A stretch of DNA of 46,284 bases, taken from positions 1-46,284 of IMG/VR virus record IMGVR_UViG_3300048851_000207. One strand, written 5' to 3'. Below are positions 42,369-46,284 of the stretch, in pieces. Every line of letters begins with the position of its first letter. The first letter of the stretch is position 1. The translations under genes were made by a program, and so were the position numbers. This DNA comes from a virus (taxonomy: Duplodnaviria; Caudoviricetes). A model generated the notes under the pieces. That model was not told the origin of the DNA, did no database searches, and was given only the letters and a program-made list of their open reading frames with translations.

Positions 42369-45298
42369 CGGGACCATGGGACAAGTACAAGGTCGCCCCG
42401 GCGGCTCCTGCTGCCCCGGCGCCGCCCAGCCCGGAAACGGGGCCGTGGGCCAAATATCAGCAAACCCCGGCAGCGACCGTCCCGGCGGCCCCTGTTATCG
42501 CGCCCGTCGTTCCAGCCGCGCCCATTGAAGCCCCGGCGCCTGCCGCAACGCCTGCTGCGCCCGAAGAAACGTCTTGGATCGACACGATTATGGGCGGCCT
42601 GTCCGAAGCGGGCAATCTGGCGAATGCCGGCGCCCGCGGCGTCGCGAACGGCGTGACGAACGTCCTGACGCTCCCCCAGGCACTCGGCGAAGGCATCAAC
42701 AATCTGGCGCAATGGGGCGCGGAACAGGCCGGCGCACCGGAAGCCGTCGTCAATGCGGCTGGATACATCAACCCAATCGGGCACATCTGGCCGAGCGCGG
42801 AAGGTGTGAAAGCCGCGGGCGAGACGGTCAACAACTCCGTTGCAAGCCTGTTCGGTGTCGAGCCGCCACGCGGTTCCGAAGGAATGGCCGAGCGTGTCAC
42901 TGAACGCGTCGGCGAAGAGATGGGCGCGGCAGCATTGCCCGTTGTCGGCGTTATGGGCAAATACGCAGGCAAGGGCTTGGCAGCGGCGAAAGAAGCGCCA
43001 GCCATTGCCCGTTTCTTCGGTGCCGAAGCGGCTGCGGTCAATCCGTCGGCCTATCTCGCCAAGGAAGCGTCGTTCGCAGCAGCGGCAGGCAGCGGCGCAG
43101 CGGCGGCCAATGAAACCTTCGGGCGTGGCCCCGTCACCGATCTGGCGGGCGCCCTTGGCGGCGCCGGGCTCTACGGTATCGGTTCGTCGGTTGGACGCTC
43201 CATGACCGATATCGGCCGGGCCTTCTTCGGCAACGGCAGCTATGCGGACGAAGTCGTTCGCGATGCGGTTATGCGCGATCTCGCCGCGGGCGCTGGTATT
43301 ACCGCCAAGCCCGGCGACGCGCCGGATATCACGTCGATCATCAACGCGACGGAAGGCCCGCGAGTTTCCGATACGATCCCCGGCTATCAAGAGAGCCTTG
43401 CCGACCGCACGAAGATCCCCGGCATCGCCGCCATGGAATACAGCCGCCAGTCCGGCCCGAACGCCGGAACCTATACGGCCCAGCGCGCCGCCAATACAGA
43501 GGCCGTTGACGCGGCCATGCGTCCGATCGAGCCACAAGGCACGCCCGGCCAGTTCTCGTCGGCGCTCAACGAAACGCGCGCCGCGCAACTGGACAGCGTC
43601 GCCGAGAGCGCACGCCAGGCAAGCACCGCCTTCGAAAACGCCACGCGCGCCTTGACGCCAGTCATGACGGGCGAGGGCAGGGGCGCGAATATCCGTACCG
43701 CCCTCGAGGACGCGAGCGACGCGGCAAGGGCCGTCGTTGCGCAGGCTTGGGAGCCGGTCAACAGCTCGACCGCTCGAATGGACGTTGCGCCGCTTAGCGA
43801 GAGTTTCGATCAGGTGCGCGCCGATACGCCCGAAGCGTTGCAGCCGCTCTTGCCGACTGCCGGTGATGTTCCGGCGCGTCTGACGACACCGGGCCAACCG
43901 GCACAGCCGACCGGCATCCTGGACGCCAGCGGCAACCCTATCATGCGGCCACCGTCGCCGCCGATCGGCGAACAGCCGCTGGCTGAAATAATGGGCATTC
44001 GGTCGGCGCTGTCGAACGATCTGCGCCGCCAAGGCATCACGCCGCAGGAGCGCCGTCTGGTCGACGAGCATATTGCCCGCCTCGACGACTACCTGGATCA
44101 GAACGTTCCGGCCGAGCTGCGCCAGCAGTACGACGCCGCTCGTGCCGCAACCCGCGATTTCAGCGATCGGTTCACCCGGCCGCAGAGCGCGATCGGGCAG
44201 ACACTAGCGGAACGTGAAGGCTTGCCGCGCGGCCCGGATAGTGCCGTCGCCGGCAAGTTCGTTCAGGACGATCAGGGTAATATCGCCAATTTCGAAGCGC
44301 TGATGCGTGAAGCCGGAACGGACGAGCGGGTCCAGACGGCCGTTCGCGACCAGATCCTGCAGGACGTTGGCGATCGCGATCTGCTGGCAAACCCGCAGGC
44401 GCTAACCGACTATCTCGGCCAGTACGGCACAGTGTTCAACCGCTTCCCGCAGTTGCGCGAAGAACTGGGCAGCGCGGGCGCCTTGCGCGGTCGGATGGAC
44501 GAAGCTGTTCGCACGCAAGCGGACGTTACGACCCGACTGACCCAACAGGGCAAGTCGAACGTCGCGAACTATCTGTCCTATGGCGATGAGAAGGCCGAAC
44601 AGGCCATGAAGGGCGTTCTTGCGTCTCGCGATCCGGCGGCCTCGATCGACGAGCTGATCAGCTTCGTCGGCGATCAGCCGGAAGCTGTCAACGGCGCCCG
44701 GAAAGTCTTCTGGGACATCATGCAGGGCAAGACCCGCGCAGGCGGCCGCACGACGATGGACGTCAACGGCGCGCAGCCCTGGTCGCCGAAGGCGCTGACA
44801 GACTTCCTCGACAACCCGACCAATGCAGCCGTCGCGGAACGTCTCTATCGCGACAACCCGGAACATTTGGGCCGGATCCGTGAGATTGCAGACGCGCTGA
44901 AAGGCGTCGACACCCGCAACGCCGCCAAGGCCCCTAATTCGTCCGGTACAGCGCAGGGTATGCAAAGCCAACTTCTGACGCCCGAAGCGCTCCAGAGCCG
45001 CGCCTACGCCTACATGTCAGGCCGTATCAGCGGCACGTTCCTTGTCACGTCGATCGCATCGGTGCTGGTGCGCCGTGGCGTACGCCGCGCGCAACAGCAG
45101 GGCTATGAACGGATGATGGACGACATTCTAACGAATGCCGACACGGCGGCCTTGATGATGCGGGAGAACAACCCCGCCGCCCGTCAGGCGCTCGCCCGTA
45201 AGGCCAAGGCCTGGTATGGCAACGAGGCCAGCACGATCCTGAACGCCATGTCAGCAGACGACGAGGACGAAACTAAAGCCGCGATTGGAGCTAAGTAA
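42365..45298 (+). CDS. Large internal virion / DNA-transfer protein
   Basis: About 977-aa Ala-rich helical protein with hydrophobic Gly/Ala segments; GTG 42365 overlaps the previous stop. Confidence 0.7.
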   Translation: MTGPWDKYKVAPAAPAAPAPPSPETGPWAKYQQTPAATVPAAPVIAPVVPAAPIEAPAPAATPAAPEETSWIDTIMGGLSEAGNLANAGARGVANGVTNVLTLPQALGEGINNLAQWGAEQAGAPEAVVNAAGYINPIGHIWPSAEGVKAAGETVNNSVASLFGVEPPRGSEGMAERVTERVGEEMGAAALPVVGVMGKYAGKGLAAAKEAPAIARFFGAEAAAVNPSAYLAKEASFAAAAGSGAAAANETFGRGPVTDLAGALGGAGLYGIGSSVGRSMTDIGRAFFGNGSYADEVVRDAVMRDLAAGAGITAKPGDAPDITSIINATEGPRVSDTIPGYQESLADRTKIPGIAAMEYSRQSGPNAGTYTAQRAANTEAVDAAMRPIEPQGTPGQFSSALNETRAAQLDSVAESARQASTAFENATRALTPVMTGEGRGANIRTALEDASDAARAVVAQAWEPVNSSTARMDVAPLSESFDQVRADTPEALQPLLPTAGDVPARLTTPGQPAQPTGILDASGNPIMRPPSPPIGEQPLAEIMGIRSALSNDLRRQGITPQERRLVDEHIARLDDYLDQNVPAELRQQYDAARAATRDFSDRFTRPQSAIGQTLAEREGLPRGPDSAVAGKFVQDDQGNIANFEALMREAGTDERVQTAVRDQILQDVGDRDLLANPQALTDYLGQYGTVFNRFPQLREELGSAGALRGRMDEAVRTQADVTTRLTQQGKSNVANYLSYGDEKAEQAMKGVLASRDPAASIDELISFVGDQPEAVNGARKVFWDIMQGKTRAGGRTTMDVNGAQPWSPKALTDFLDNPTNAAVAERLYRDNPEHLGRIREIADALKGVDTRNAAKAPNSSGTAQGMQSQLLTPEALQSRAYAYMSGRISGTFLVTSIASVLVRRGVRRAQQQGYERMMDDILTNADTAALMMRENNPAARQALARKAKAWYGNEASTILNAMSADDEDETKAAIGAK

Positions 45299-46053
45299 TG
45301 GCGAACGAATGGCTTCGATACGCAAATCAGGGCGCAACGCGCAGCCAGCCATTGAGCCCGCAGCTCGTGCAAGCACTTGGCGGCGTCCTGCCGAACCTGG
45401 GCGTCACGATGGAAGTGTTTTCCGGCGGCCAAGCACCGAAGGGCAGCGGCGGGCCGCGAACCGGATCGGTGCGCCACGATCACGGCGGCGCAGCCGACGT
45501 GTTCTTCCAGAAAGATGGCCGACGTCTCGACTGGGCGAACCAGCAAGATCTTCCCATTTTCCAAGATATCGTCAGGCAAGCCAAAGCAGCGGGCGTTACA
45601 GGCTTCGGCGCCGGCCCGGGTTACATGCAACCAGGATCAATGCATATCGGGTTCGGGAAGCCCGGTGTCTGGGGCGCGGGTGGCAGTGGCCGCAATGCGC
45701 CGAGCTGGCTTGTAGAAGCTTACGGCGGTGCGCCGGCAGGCCCCGCGTCGACGGCCGTCGCATCGGCCGCGCCGGCTCCAGCAGCTGCGCCTGCTCCGGG
45801 CGTCGCGAGCATGTTCAACAACCCGCTCGCGAGCCAAGCAATGGCCGTCATGCCGGGCGGGGCGCCTGCGGGCACCGCAGCGCCAGCAGGAGCGCCGGCA
45901 GAGCCCGCCGGCATGCTGATGGGCAATCTGGCGTCGGCCTTCCTGCAGAACCAGCAGGCGAAGCAGCAACAGCGTCAAGAGGAACAGGCCGCCGAAGAAA
46001 TTCGCCGGGCTGCGCTATTCGGTGGCGGCGGGGTCGCTGGGCTCTACGGCTAG
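45298..46053 (+). CDS. Putative virion-associated zinc peptidase (LAS/M15-like) with low-complexity tail
   Basis: GSVRHDHGGAADV (H-x6-D) and MHIG (HxH-like) zinc-ligand pattern; Ala/Pro-rich linker. Confidence 0.6.
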   Translation: MANEWLRYANQGATRSQPLSPQLVQALGGVLPNLGVTMEVFSGGQAPKGSGGPRTGSVRHDHGGAADVFFQKDGRRLDWANQQDLPIFQDIVRQAKAAGVTGFGAGPGYMQPGSMHIGFGKPGVWGAGGSGRNAPSWLVEAYGGAPAGPASTAVASAAPAPAAAPAPGVASMFNNPLASQAMAVMPGGAPAGTAAPAGAPAEPAGMLMGNLASAFLQNQQAKQQQRQEEQAAEEIRRAALFGGGGVAGLYG

Positions 46054-46284
46054 TACCCAGTTCGGCAGTAAGCCCCACAGTCGTTCGAAATCAGCGTCAA
46101 GCTTGCCGACTTGAAGTTCATAGTCGGTTCGAAGCTCACTGGCGGTTCCCCACGTCTGCACGCCGTTGAGTTGGGTGAAGGTGTCAGTAACAGTACAGAA
46201 AAATGCGAAAAGCGGTTCTTGCTGCTCAATTGGCAAATCGTCGTCGTTAAAGACTTGGCCGCGAAGATCGATAAAGCGCTTCAT
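46015..46284 (-). CDS. Hypothetical protein, lower GC, convergent with the late operon
   Basis: 89-aa ORF starting at the last base of the window. Confidence 0.55.
   Translation of the reverse strand: MKRFIDLRGQVFNDDDLPIEQQEPLFAFFCTVTDTFTQLNGVQTWGTASELRTDYELQVGKLDADFERLWGLLPNWVLAVEPSDPAATE

Larger units (their letters stand above)
1..46284. mobile_element. Temperate podovirus-like prophage, near complete; att sites not identified
   Basis: Integrase/repressor, replication, packaging, head, short-tail, ejection and lysis modules are contiguous. No tape-measure or sheath gene and no host housekeeping genes are visible. Confidence 0.95.

Noticed and set aside
42110-44071. 653-aa reverse-strand ORF and other long antisense ORFs (e.g. 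15548..16822, 26144..27256, 33618..34757)
   Set aside because: Shadow frames of GC-rich, codon-biased genes on the plus strand; Arg-rich, no motifs, no RBS support.
45298-46053. GLYG* (and TerL AGGF*, 40183 ORF LYGAR*) as further members of the C-terminal tag set
   Set aside because: They do not fit [IVL]-F-x-stop exactly; excluded to keep the count conservative.
1-46284. attL/attR direct repeats, tRNA or rRNA genes
   Set aside because: No terminal direct repeat or tRNA cloverleaf found by eye; the window is cut exactly at ORF boundaries, so att sites may lie outside.

Overview
The whole 46.3-kb window reads as one near-complete temperate podovirus-type prophage of an alphaproteobacterial host, probably Rhizobiaceae (about 60% GC by eye, GapR homologue). 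From left to right it has: an integration/immunity module (two excisionase-like HTH genes, a tyrosine integrase, an XRE repressor and a Cro-like gene); a replication/recombination block (RusA, SNF2-type helicase, Cas4-like DUF2800 exonuclease, DUF2815 SSB, GapR, family A DNA polymerase, Lar, RNase HI, primase-polymerase/helicase, iteron-type origin); TerS; a frameshifted Acb2-like anti-CBASS gene; tail fibre and tailspike genes; a reverse-strand glycosyltransferase moron; a lysis cassette; TerL interrupted by a class 3 intein; and portal, scaffold, capsid, short-tail and ejection genes. The most striking unexplained pattern is that 11 unrelated, mostly DNA-acting proteins end in the same tetrapeptide [G/S/D/N]-[I/V/L]-F-[D/E/A/G]-COOH, which suggests a phage-wide C-terminal docking or targeting tag. 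All family assignments come from motif recognition by eye; no database searches were run.
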